Below, piece after piece: positions 18,529-25,609 of a stretch of 25,609 nucleotides of DNA (positions within the stretch are counted from its first letter, which is position 1; every line of letters begins with the position of its first letter). Origin of the DNA: a virus (Duplodnaviria > Heunggongvirae > Uroviricota > Caudoviricetes); the IMG/VR virus record IMGVR_UViG_3300030339_000018; one strand, 5' to 3'. The notes under the pieces were generated by a model. That model did no database searches. It had not been told where the DNA came from and was given only the letters and a program-made list of their open reading frames with translations. The translations under genes and the position numbers were made by a program.

Positions 18529-20117
18529 TAGTATAATGTAGTATAAGACATTGTAAATTGATTAAATGTAATAGATTGTCTTTTGCCATGTTTATTTAAT
18601 GTTACTCCATTATATGCCCAGCCAGATAATCCACTATTATATCCATGTTGTTTAGAACATGAAATACCTACTTGATAACATCCTCCAACAATTGATGGTG
18701 AGTGCGAATGACCAATAATTGTTTTAGATGATAGTTGAGCAAATGATTTAATACTTCCTTTAGAACCATTAGGTCCTTTATGCCCATGTAATGCTAATTC
18801 TATATTATTTTTAATATAAGAATCATTAACTCCTAATGCAGTGATTTTATTAAATCTATCATTTATATAATAAGGTATAATACCATCTTTAGCTTTACCA
18901 GATAATGTTAATGATAACATTTCTACAAATAATTCAGCATTTTTAATATGTTCTTGCCAAGTAGTTTGATACATTGCTCTATCAAGCATATCATCATGAT
19001 TTGATCCTACTACTATAGTTTTTTTCATATTGTTATTAAACCAATTCAATTCAGTATTCATTTGATCTAATTCTTTCCTTAAATCATCTTTTCCTTCTTT
19101 CATTAATTGAAATTGCACTATTGGGTTTTTAATATTATGAACATTTATAGATTGACTATCCCAAACATCATGTAAGACTGACATTTCAATTTTTAAATCA
19201 TAGCATAATTTACGAAAAGCATTAGTTACACGATCTTCTTTTTGAGCAAAATGACTGTCCCCCCAAACTAAACATTCTACTGCTTCTTTTGTAACTACTC
19301 CATTTTGAACTCTATAAATTAAATCATTAAATTCTCCAAATTCATTAGCAGATACACTTCTAGTATGAACTACTTCATCACTTTCAATTTCTACTACTAT
19401 AAATCCATAAGAATGATTTTCAGCTGCTTTACCACCTGCAACAGTATCAGTAAAACTAGGCATAGTTACACTGCCAGTTGAAAAAAGAAATTTTTCTTTT
19501 TGACCTGGTAAAACTGCTACAGAACGCATTTCTATTTTAGGATTACCAACAATACAAGATGCATGTCCTCCAAATAACTCAATTCCACTAGTTGGACTAG
19601 GACAAGTTGCTTGTATTTTTAAATCAGCCAATACTACTAAATCATTATGTAGAAATTGTCTAGTTGCAATTAAATATTCTTGAACTTCTTTAGCCCAGAC
19701 ATCCCTTCCTTCACACCATATTGAAGTAGGATTTTTATATCTTGAAACTATAATTCCAATTTCTGCATCAATAAATTTTGCATAAGCTTTTATATTATTT
19801 AAAAAACTTATATTTACTGGAGATGCATTTTGAGCACTTGAAATTATGTATCTTTTTTTCTTTTTTAATGTATGTAGTTTAGCTGCTGAGAATTGAGTAG
19901 GATATAATACAATATTTAAAGATTCAAGCCAAATTTTTATAACATCTAATTCTACTTTGAAATGATCTGTTAAAATATCTAATTTACCTTGAATTGTATA
20001 TTCTTCATTTTTACAAATTCTTCTAATAGTGTCTTTATCAATATCAGAAAGATCTGGTTTAGTAATTTCAACTGTATTAACTGTTCCAACTTTTTCTACA
20101 TTTTCTTCTTTATTCAT
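18528..20117 (-). CDS. Calcineurin-like metallophosphoesterase, T5 A1-like
   Basis: WGDSH, LHDVWD, VGSNHD, HGH and GHSH motifs; the N-terminal YIISSAQNASPV...FLNNIKAYA segment is recalled from the A1 family. ATG 20117 is preferred over TTG 20123. Confidence 0.75.
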   Translation of the reverse strand: MNKEENVEKVGTVNTVEITKPDLSDIDKDTIRRICKNEEYTIQGKLDILTDHFKVELDVIKIWLESLNIVLYPTQFSAAKLHTLKKKKRYIISSAQNASPVNISFLNNIKAYAKFIDAEIGIIVSRYKNPTSIWCEGRDVWAKEVQEYLIATRQFLHNDLVVLADLKIQATCPSPTSGIELFGGHASCIVGNPKIEMRSVAVLPGQKEKFLFSTGSVTMPSFTDTVAGGKAAENHSYGFIVVEIESDEVVHTRSVSANEFGEFNDLIYRVQNGVVTKEAVECLVWGDSHFAQKEDRVTNAFRKLCYDLKIEMSVLHDVWDSQSINVHNIKNPIVQFQLMKEGKDDLRKELDQMNTELNWFNNNMKKTIVVGSNHDDMLDRAMYQTTWQEHIKNAELFVEMLSLTLSGKAKDGIIPYYINDRFNKITALGVNDSYIKNNIELALHGHKGPNGSKGSIKSFAQLSSKTIIGHSHSPSIVGGCYQVGISCSKQHGYNSGLSGWAYNGVTLNKHGKRQSITFNQFTMSYTTLY

Positions 20118-20159
20118 TTTCAATTTTTTATGGGTTGTACCCCGTTAATTCGTGTATTA

Positions 20160-20197
20160 ATGAAAAAAGGCCGATAGAATTTAATCTACCGACCTTT
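20160..20197 (-). terminator. Intrinsic terminator (possibly bidirectional) after the 207-aa gene
   Basis: Minus strand AAAGGTCGGTAGA-TTAAAT-TCTATCGGCCTTT (two G-U pairs), then a T-tract; also a T-tract on +. Confidence 0.85.
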
Positions 20198-20199
20198 AT

Positions 20200-20310
20200 T
20201 TTTTTATACTTTTATACTGTATTCAGTAAATGACTTACGACATTACTCGACTCAATATCCAATAGAGTTTCAGCTTCCTATTAACGGTAGAAGATTCCGT
20301 ATTGAATCTT
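20200..20310 (-). ncRNA. Candidate structured 3' UTR / small RNA (four adjacent hairpins)
   Basis: Hairpins at 20291-20310, 20250-20268, 20229-20244 (GUAA tetraloop) and 20215-20228. No family recognised. Confidence 0.3.
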
Positions 20311-20932
20311 ACAATTCAACTCCAAAAGCAACATAAGTTCCTTCTTTTGCAGAGATAGATGGAGTATAAACACCATAAGCTGCAATTGCACTTCCTTCTA
20401 CTACTTCTTTAGCAATTATAGTTACATAATCACGTTTTTCAGCAGAAATCCAATCTTTCATTTCGTCTAATGCTTCTGATTTTTTATCAGCAGTAGCTAC
20501 AACAGAACCTAAAGAAATAATTTCAGCAGTTAAAACTTCTTTAACTGTTACAATACCTTCTGCATCAGTTTCATTTACTTTAACTAATTTAGTAGCTAAT
20601 TCAGCTTCTACAATTTGGTGAGTACGTTTGAATTTACGAGCACCATCTGTAATAACAGAAATAACTTTATAAGGACGTTCACGAGTATCAGCAATACCTG
20701 ATTCAACAATTACATAAGCTCCTAGACCTTCTTTAAATTTGGTTTTCTTTTTTAATTGTTCAGAAGCGAATACCTTGAACGCACTAGTACCATTTGCAGG
20801 TTTTCCAGCTTTAATCCATGCTTGTGTAGCATTTGAACCTGACAATGTTAATACATCAAATCCGATTTTTTCTGTTGCTAATGCTTCTACTTTGGTAAAT
20901 CCTGTTGCTTCTTTAATTTTTACTTGATTCAT
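20309..20932 (-). CDS. Conserved hypothetical protein, 207 aa, monocistronic, with a high-expression codon pattern
   Basis: Own promoter and terminator; Arg is encoded by CGT instead of the AGA used by most neighbours; Ala/Val/Lys-rich. Confidence 0.9.
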   Translation of the reverse strand: MNQVKIKEATGFTKVEALATEKIGFDVLTLSGSNATQAWIKAGKPANGTSAFKVFASEQLKKKTKFKEGLGAYVIVESGIADTRERPYKVISVITDGARKFKRTHQIVEAELATKLVKVNETDAEGIVTVKEVLTAEIISLGSVVATADKKSEALDEMKDWISAEKRDYVTIIAKEVVEGSAIAAYGVYTPSISAKEGTYVAFGVEL

Positions 20933-21003
20933 AATTTTAATTTTTACTTATTAATTCATTAATATTTTATATCTAATTGTATTTATTATCTCCTTTTGTT
21001 ATA

Positions 21004-21035
21004 CAAAGATACTGCTTTTTTTCCATTTCACCAAA
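21004..21035 (-). promoter_or_regulatory. Consensus Bacteroidota sigmaA promoter
   Basis: Minus strand TTTG (21035-21032)-N20-TATCTTTG (21011-21004); A-rich leader without a positioned SD. Confidence 0.88.
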
Positions 21036-21103
21036 TGTTTTGGTAAATATTTTCAAAAAAAGTATCTTTTTATTACACAACATTTTTTTAATTTTTATTT
21101 AGA

Positions 21104-22042
21104 TTAAAATCCTAATACAGGTTTGTTATGTTCAAAACTGTCATATCGTTTCTTAGTTAAAGGATTTTTAATCTGTTCAATAACTTGATCAAAATTATTA
21201 CCTAAAACATAAGTTCCAATAAATAATTCTTTTAATTGAGATATAGAGAATTTTGTAGTACTATTTACAAATTTTTCTATATCAATTTTTTCAACACCTT
21301 TATTTTCAAAAAATATTGTTCTAGATTCTGAAGATGGGAAATCAATAATAACTCTCATATCTATTCTACTAGGACGTAATAATGCATCTGACAATCCAGA
21401 TGAATCATTTGTTGTAGCAATAACTAAATGATGATTTATTGACATTTTACCATCCAAAAAATCCAGTAATTGAGGTTCAATTGGTCCTGTTGCAATTTTA
21501 TCAATATCCTCAATGACAGTGATTATTTTGCGAGTTGGTTCAATTTTTCTTAATATATTTTTATAAAAATCATATATTATTGTGAAATCTTGTGAAGAAC
21601 CTACTAAAAATACAATTCCATCTTCCTTTAATAATTCATTTATTAATAAAGTAATAGTGGCAGTTTTACCTGTACCTGGAGGACCTTCCAATAGAATTCC
21701 TCTTTTATGTATCATCCCATACTCAGCAAATTTAGGAGTTCTCTCCCAAAATTTCTTTGATTCTTGAAGAATTGTAATAGTTTGAGAATCTGGTAATAAA
21801 TATAAAGAATCTGAAATAAGTTTTTGTGGAATACACGTAACTTTATCTCCAAGAACTCCTAATTTATAAACTCCAGACTTTACTCTCTTAACTACTTCTA
21901 CTTCAATAGCAGGATAATAATTTCCTTTCTCATAAATCCAACTAGAAAAATTATTTTCCAAATAGTATTTTTCAACATCTGAATTTTCTAATTCTCCACT
22001 AGCAACTAAACTATTAATAGTTATTTTTTTAGTATCACTCAT
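21104..22042 (-). CDS. AAA+ ATPase (classic clade)
   Basis: Walker A GPPGTGKT, Walker B VIEDID, sensor TTN, SRH DALLRPSRID. Confidence 0.93.
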   Translation of the reverse strand: MSDTKKITINSLVASGELENSDVEKYYLENNFSSWIYEKGNYYPAIEVEVVKRVKSGVYKLGVLGDKVTCIPQKLISDSLYLLPDSQTITILQESKKFWERTPKFAEYGMIHKRGILLEGPPGTGKTATITLLINELLKEDGIVFLVGSSQDFTIIYDFYKNILRKIEPTRKIITVIEDIDKIATGPIEPQLLDFLDGKMSINHHLVIATTNDSSGLSDALLRPSRIDMRVIIDFPSSESRTIFFENKGVEKIDIEKFVNSTTKFSISQLKELFIGTYVLGNNFDQVIEQIKNPLTKKRYDSFEHNKPVLGF

Positions 22043-22045
22043 ACT

Positions 22046-22423
22046 TTAAAAAGGTAACCATTCAGCTAATAGTTCTTTAATACGTTTAATAATTTCCCCA
22101 GAAGACGTACATCCTAAAGAACTAATATCATCTACTCCAAACATCATATCATCACATACAATACTTAATCCTATTAGGAAATTATCATATGCATTATTAT
22201 AATTTAATACATGACCTACTATTTTTTCAATTACATCTTTAGTTGTAACAGTTTTACTATCAGTAGACATTTTTTGACTAACTAAACAAATTAATGTTAT
22301 TAAGTCTAATTTATTAACTAATTTACCTGAGGTTTGATTTCCCATAGTAAATAAAGAGGAATATAAAGTCCTCTTATCATCATAAGATGCATTAATAATA
22401 ATTTTTTCTATTTGTTCTTTCAT
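22046..22423 (-). CDS. Hypothetical protein, 125 aa
   Basis: ORF with TAATG coupling. Confidence 0.85.
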   Translation of the reverse strand: MKEQIEKIIINASYDDKRTLYSSLFTMGNQTSGKLVNKLDLITLICLVSQKMSTDSKTVTTKDVIEKIVGHVLNYNNAYDNFLIGLSIVCDDMMFGVDDISSLGCTSSGEIIKRIKELLAEWLPF

Positions 22424-23520
22424 TATTCTTCTTCATTTATTACAACATCATATCCATTTAATTCATGGAATGCTACTCTACATAATAATTCTTTTAATTC
22501 AGTCATTCCAGCAGCAATAAATTTTTGTGGTACATTATGTAAACGAGTATTAAAATCTGGAAGAGATTGTACTACTGCTACATTTACTTTATAAGAGTAC
22601 CCATCATATCCTAATGATTTACAATACATTTGTAAAACTATTAAATATAAAGCTAATTGTCTTGCATAATGATACTTTTGAAAACTACCATCAATCCAAT
22701 ACATATTACCATTTCTATTTCCTTTATCATCTAATTCAGGAATATTATTACCCATAAAATAATCAACATTCTTAGCACTAGTTTTTAAATCATTAAGATG
22801 TATAGTTTTCTCTGAAGGGTCAATTCTATAGTTATCTAATTTACTTTTTAAAGGTATAATAACTGATCTGCCATCAGGTAAAGTTACATTCACATCTACA
22901 AATAAAGCATCTTCATTATAAATTATACATGAATCAAAGAAATTTTGTCCAAATAGTGCATATCTTAATTTAGGATTACTATTTAAATTCTTAATACAAG
23001 ACTTGCAATCATCTTGTTGTTTTCTACTAAGTACTATAACTTCTCTACCTTGCGCATCTTCATATAATCCATGCATTACTGCTAGATAATATGGTAGACT
23101 TTTAGTAATAGCTGTTTTAATAATTTTATCAGATAACTTACCACTATAATAATCAGCACTTACAGAAGCTTCTATAGATGCATCGATCAGACTTAAACCT
23201 TTCAATCTAAACTTTCTAAATTCATCAACAAATACTCCTAATTTAGCAGTAGGTTTTTCACTATAATCACTTAATACAAAATCATTTGGTTGAAGAAATA
23301 AAGCATGTACTGCTGATCCAAAATCAAATGAAGAATTATAAGATGATTTCAATCCATCTCTATATTTTTGTGGAGAACCATCCTGTGCAGGATTAATATA
23401 AGATAATTTAGAGTTACTCGAATACCCTTTATAGGCATCCGAGAAGTACTCTACATCTGACATTTCTTTTTTATTTACTGTTTCAAGTAAAAAATTAACT
23501 TTATAGTTTGTTAAATTCAC
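22423..23520 (-). CDS. PD-(D/E)xK (RecB/Cas4-like) exonuclease
   Basis: FGSAVH, KSKLDNY, LNDLKTS and YARQLALY motifs; GTG start. Confidence 0.85.
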   Translation of the reverse strand: MNLTNYKVNFLLETVNKKEMSDVEYFSDAYKGYSSNSKLSYINPAQDGSPQKYRDGLKSSYNSSFDFGSAVHALFLQPNDFVLSDYSEKPTAKLGVFVDEFRKFRLKGLSLIDASIEASVSADYYSGKLSDKIIKTAITKSLPYYLAVMHGLYEDAQGREVIVLSRKQQDDCKSCIKNLNSNPKLRYALFGQNFFDSCIIYNEDALFVDVNVTLPDGRSVIIPLKSKLDNYRIDPSEKTIHLNDLKTSAKNVDYFMGNNIPELDDKGNRNGNMYWIDGSFQKYHYARQLALYLIVLQMYCKSLGYDGYSYKVNVAVVQSLPDFNTRLHNVPQKFIAAGMTELKELLCRVAFHELNGYDVVINEEE

Positions 23521-23995
23521 TATATTTTTCTTTAATTTCCGCTAGAGTTAGCGTATAAATACGATAAGGAGTTTCAAATCCTTGATTATGTGGGGCATCC
23601 ATTAAAAGACATGGAATTCCAGATTTATTAATTTTCATAAAATTACTAATAGAATCATCCACAAATACATCTACTTTACCTTTTATCATAGTAGATTTAT
23701 CACCCCTTTGATAGTACATTTGATATACACTTCTTTCTGGAAAATGATTAGCAGCAAGCCAATCTTTAGTCCAAGTTTTTGGTGAAATTCTTTTTGTACA
23801 GTAAATGGCGGGAACAAAATCAATATCTCTTAATTTTGGAAGTGTTACCCAAAATTCTCTATTAGTTTTTAATTTTAATACATTTTTGGTAATGTTAGCA
23901 TCTACCATATCTTTTGGTTTGGTAAATGTTACTTTATACATATCAAAAAAGCCTGCTAAGACATCATCTATGTCTAATCCTATTCTTAAATTCAT
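23501..23995 (-). CDS. HAD-superfamily 5'(3')-deoxyribonucleotidase-like phosphatase
   Basis: IGLDIDDVL (DxD motif I) and VFVDDS (motif IV). Confidence 0.85.
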   Translation of the reverse strand: MNLRIGLDIDDVLAGFFDMYKVTFTKPKDMVDANITKNVLKLKTNREFWVTLPKLRDIDFVPAIYCTKRISPKTWTKDWLAANHFPERSVYQMYYQRGDKSTMIKGKVDVFVDDSISNFMKINKSGIPCLLMDAPHNQGFETPYRIYTLTLAEIKEKYSEFNKL

Positions 23996-23996
23996 A

Positions 23997-24527
23997 TTAT
24001 TTTACTTCTTCTTGTTTTTTAAATAAATTCCAAAACTGTCTATTTCCTTTTAACCAATGTTGATTATAATTATACTCTGGAGTATTACGTCTACAGATAT
24101 TACGTTCAACTAAAGTACGACCTGTACCTGGTATTATGATATGATAATCTAAATTACTAGACAATGTCATACCTGCATCACGTTCTTCTAATGAAGTAAA
24201 TCCACCAATTAAAATAAAGTTTGCAGCAATATTTTTTGGAGTTTTACCTGTATGAAATACATTGACCCTTGATTTATCTTCCAATAAACGATCAAATATT
24301 TGTTGTAGCATTACTGCACAACCATTATCATCACTTATATTAAAATAAATATTTGGATCTTTTACTAATTCAGAAATTTGAACAGCATAATAATTTAAAA
24401 ATTGTTTTTCTGTCAAATTTGTGTTACCAGACATAAAGATTACTTTTTTATTTTCATTAATTACTACTTCTGATCCTGCATTAACAGTTTCTGGATTTCC
24501 TTGTTTTAATTCTTGTTCAATTACCAT
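23997..24527 (-). CDS. Divergent SLOG-superfamily (YspA/DprA-like) protein
   Basis: IFMSG...ISDDNGC...GGFTSLEERDAGMT pattern recalled from phage SLOG proteins. Confidence 0.45.
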   Translation of the reverse strand: MVIEQELKQGNPETVNAGSEVVINENKKVIFMSGNTNLTEKQFLNYYAVQISELVKDPNIYFNISDDNGCAVMLQQIFDRLLEDKSRVNVFHTGKTPKNIAANFILIGGFTSLEERDAGMTLSSNLDYHIIIPGTGRTLVERNICRRNTPEYNYNQHWLKGNRQFWNLFKKQEEVK

Positions 24528-24832
24528 TAAATACTATTTGCTATTGTTATTAATAAATTACAAAGTAATGGATAATCATCATTATCAATTTCTTCAATAT
24601 CTTCTTTTATATCTTTAAAGAATTCTCCTGCATATTTAAATGATAAAGTACTCATCATTGTATACGGAGAAATTTGTTTTTCAGTAGAAAATAATTCTTC
24701 TTGAATAATCTCCAAAGTGTCATTAAAATCTGAACCATTCTCTTCTAAATAATTGTTGATTTCTTCTATTAAATCATTATATTCTTTAAATTCAAAATAT
24801 AGTGTTATTTGTGTTATTATATCTATAATCAT
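24527..24832 (-). CDS. Acidic hypothetical protein, 101 aa
   Basis: ORF with TAATG coupling. Confidence 0.8.
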   Translation of the reverse strand: MIIDIITQITLYFEFKEYNDLIEEINNYLEENGSDFNDTLEIIQEELFSTEKQISPYTMMSTLSFKYAGEFFKDIKEDIEEIDNDDYPLLCNLLITIANSI

Positions 24833-24841
24833 ATTGTTCTT

Positions 24842-24997
24842 TTATAAATTATCATTATCACGATCACATTGATCATAACCTTGTTCAAAGGCCATTTCTA
24901 ATATATTAACTAATTCATCATACAATTCTTGACTATATTCAATATTGTATATTCTTAAAATTGTAGTTAAGTGTTCTGTTAAATCTTCTTTTTCCAT
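24842..24997 (-). CDS. Hypothetical protein, 51 aa (MEKEDLTEHL...AFEQGYDQCDRDNDNL); not in track
   Basis: Translated by hand; TAATG coupling; resembles 17512..17793. Confidence 0.75.
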   Translation of the reverse strand: MEKEDLTEHLTTILRIYNIEYSQELYDELVNILEMAFEQGYDQCDRDNDNL

Positions 24998-25203
24998 TAT
25001 TCTTTAATATGTAAATTACTTAATGTTAATATTCCCTCCATTTCAGTATATTCTTCTTTAATCATAAATTTAGAGTATATTCCTACAATATCATTTTGTA
25101 TATCACTATAAAGAACTACTCCTTCAAAATATTTACTAGAATCTATTTTAGTACACATTACTATAGTTCTACTTTTATTTATATATATTTTTCCTTTTAC
25201 CAT
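24997..25203 (-). CDS. Hypothetical protein, 68 aa (MVKGKIYINK...)
   Basis: ATG 25203 overlaps the upstream stop; preferred over GTG 25245. Confidence 0.7.
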   Translation of the reverse strand: MVKGKIYINKSRTIVMCTKIDSSKYFEGVVLYSDIQNDIVGIYSKFMIKEEYTEMEGILTLSNLHIKE

Positions 25204-25412
25204 TCTATCTGTGTATAAAATGGTTGTCTCTCTGAACCACCACAAATATTAATTTCATAATGATTTTCTAATAACTTAGTTTTTGTTATATTAGATATTA
25301 TATAATTTAAATCAAGATATAATCTACCTTGATTTATCTGATTATCAATTAATTGTAAAATATAATTATATTCATTATTTAATGATTGTTTTCTTGCTTC
25401 TTCTGCTACCAT
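25197..25412 (-). CDS. Hypothetical protein, 71 aa (MVAEEARKQS...)
   Basis: ATG 25412 is preferred; the track's start 25445 is inside a terminator hairpin. Confidence 0.7.
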   Translation of the reverse strand: MVAEEARKQSLNNEYNYILQLIDNQINQGRLYLDLNYIISNITKTKLLENHYEINICGGSERQPFYTQIEW

Positions 25413-25430
25413 ATTAGTATTTATTTCATA

Positions 25431-25459
25431 AAAAAAGGATACCATATGGCATCCTTTTT
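25431..25459 (-). terminator. Intrinsic terminator-like hairpin (possibly bidirectional)
   Basis: Minus strand AAAAAGGATGCC-ATAT-GGTATCCTTTTTT (one G-U). Confidence 0.75.
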
Positions 25460-25460
25460 A

Positions 25461-25609
25461 TTACATTTTTTCTTTAATCATTTTAATACATTCATCAATC
25501 TGTTTATGATTTTTTGGCATATATAAATCATAGTTCAGATTATTTTCAAATAGATATCGTTTAAATAATTTCCATCTCATAGGAAAAGCTTCATTCTGCC
25601 TTCCTTTAG
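25461..25609 (-). CDS. 3' end of a probable phage endonuclease I-like / Holliday junction resolvase (PD-(D/E)xK); not in track
   Basis: Hand translation KGRQNEAFPMRWKLFKRYLFENNLNYDLYMPKNHKQIDECIKMIKEKM*; matches a recalled (ET)KG...FPxRWKLFK pattern. Confidence 0.65.
   Translation of the reverse strand, partial: KGRQNEAFPMRWKLFKRYLFENNLNYDLYMPKNHKQIDECIKMIKEKM

Noticed and set aside
20200-20310. Hammerhead ribozyme in the structured UTR (CUGA / GAAAC-like strings)
   Set aside because: GCUGAAAC occurs once, but the separate CUGANGA and GAAA cores with three stems are not present.
7295-24618. Track ORFs antisense to real genes (e.g. 7295..7498, 8325..8561, 9980..10237, 10072..10257, 11269..11490, 12007..12252, 13508..13714, 14826..15026, 16008..16268, 17532..17717, 19989..20177, 20739..20927, 21582..21767, 22412..22594, 23805..24026, 24421..24618) and same-strand shadow 9860..10060
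   Set aside because: They lie within well-supported genes, have F/L/I/S-rich shadow composition and show no motifs.
1-25609. Suppressor tRNA, other tRNAs, CRISPR array
   Set aside because: No cloverleaf (GTTCRA T-loop within paired arms) was found in any intergenic gap. The only repeats are coding repeats and hairpins. tRNAscan-SE/ARAGORN on the full contig is needed to confirm.

Overview
Very AT-rich phage genome fragment, most likely Crassvirales (crAss-like) infecting a Bacteroidota host. The assignment rests on gene content and on TTTG-N20-TAnnTTTG promoters, not on a database search. There are two convergent blocks meeting at a bidirectional terminator at about 7962-8001. (1) The + strand block 1-7957 looks fragmented in the ORF track but is really three genes: the 3' part of a giant protein (probable virion two-barrel RNA polymerase), a zincin HExxH protein, and a 1517-aa protein with a PD-(D/E)xK nuclease domain. 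All 8 internal interruptions are in-frame TGA codons in Trp-like contexts, i.e. opal-to-Trp recoding. (2) The - strand block 8012-25609 holds a tail-lysozyme-family gene, ATP-dependent ligase, dUTPase, class II RNR (NrdJ), a DUF932-like protein, a T5 A1-like metallophosphoesterase, an AAA+ ATPase, a PD-(D/E)xK nuclease, a HAD nucleotidase, a SLOG-like protein, the 3' end of an endonuclease I-like gene and many small acidic ORFs. These genes have no internal TGA and use TGA as a true stop, so two genetic codes appear to coexist in the window. No tRNA, CRISPR array, intron or intein was seen. The most unusual local signals are tandem GC-rich hairpins, built from atypical synonymous codons, directly 3' of a TGA stop at the dUTPase 5' end; a hairpin-rich 3' UTR at 20200-20310; a perfect 17-bp inverted repeat; and a frameshifted gene.
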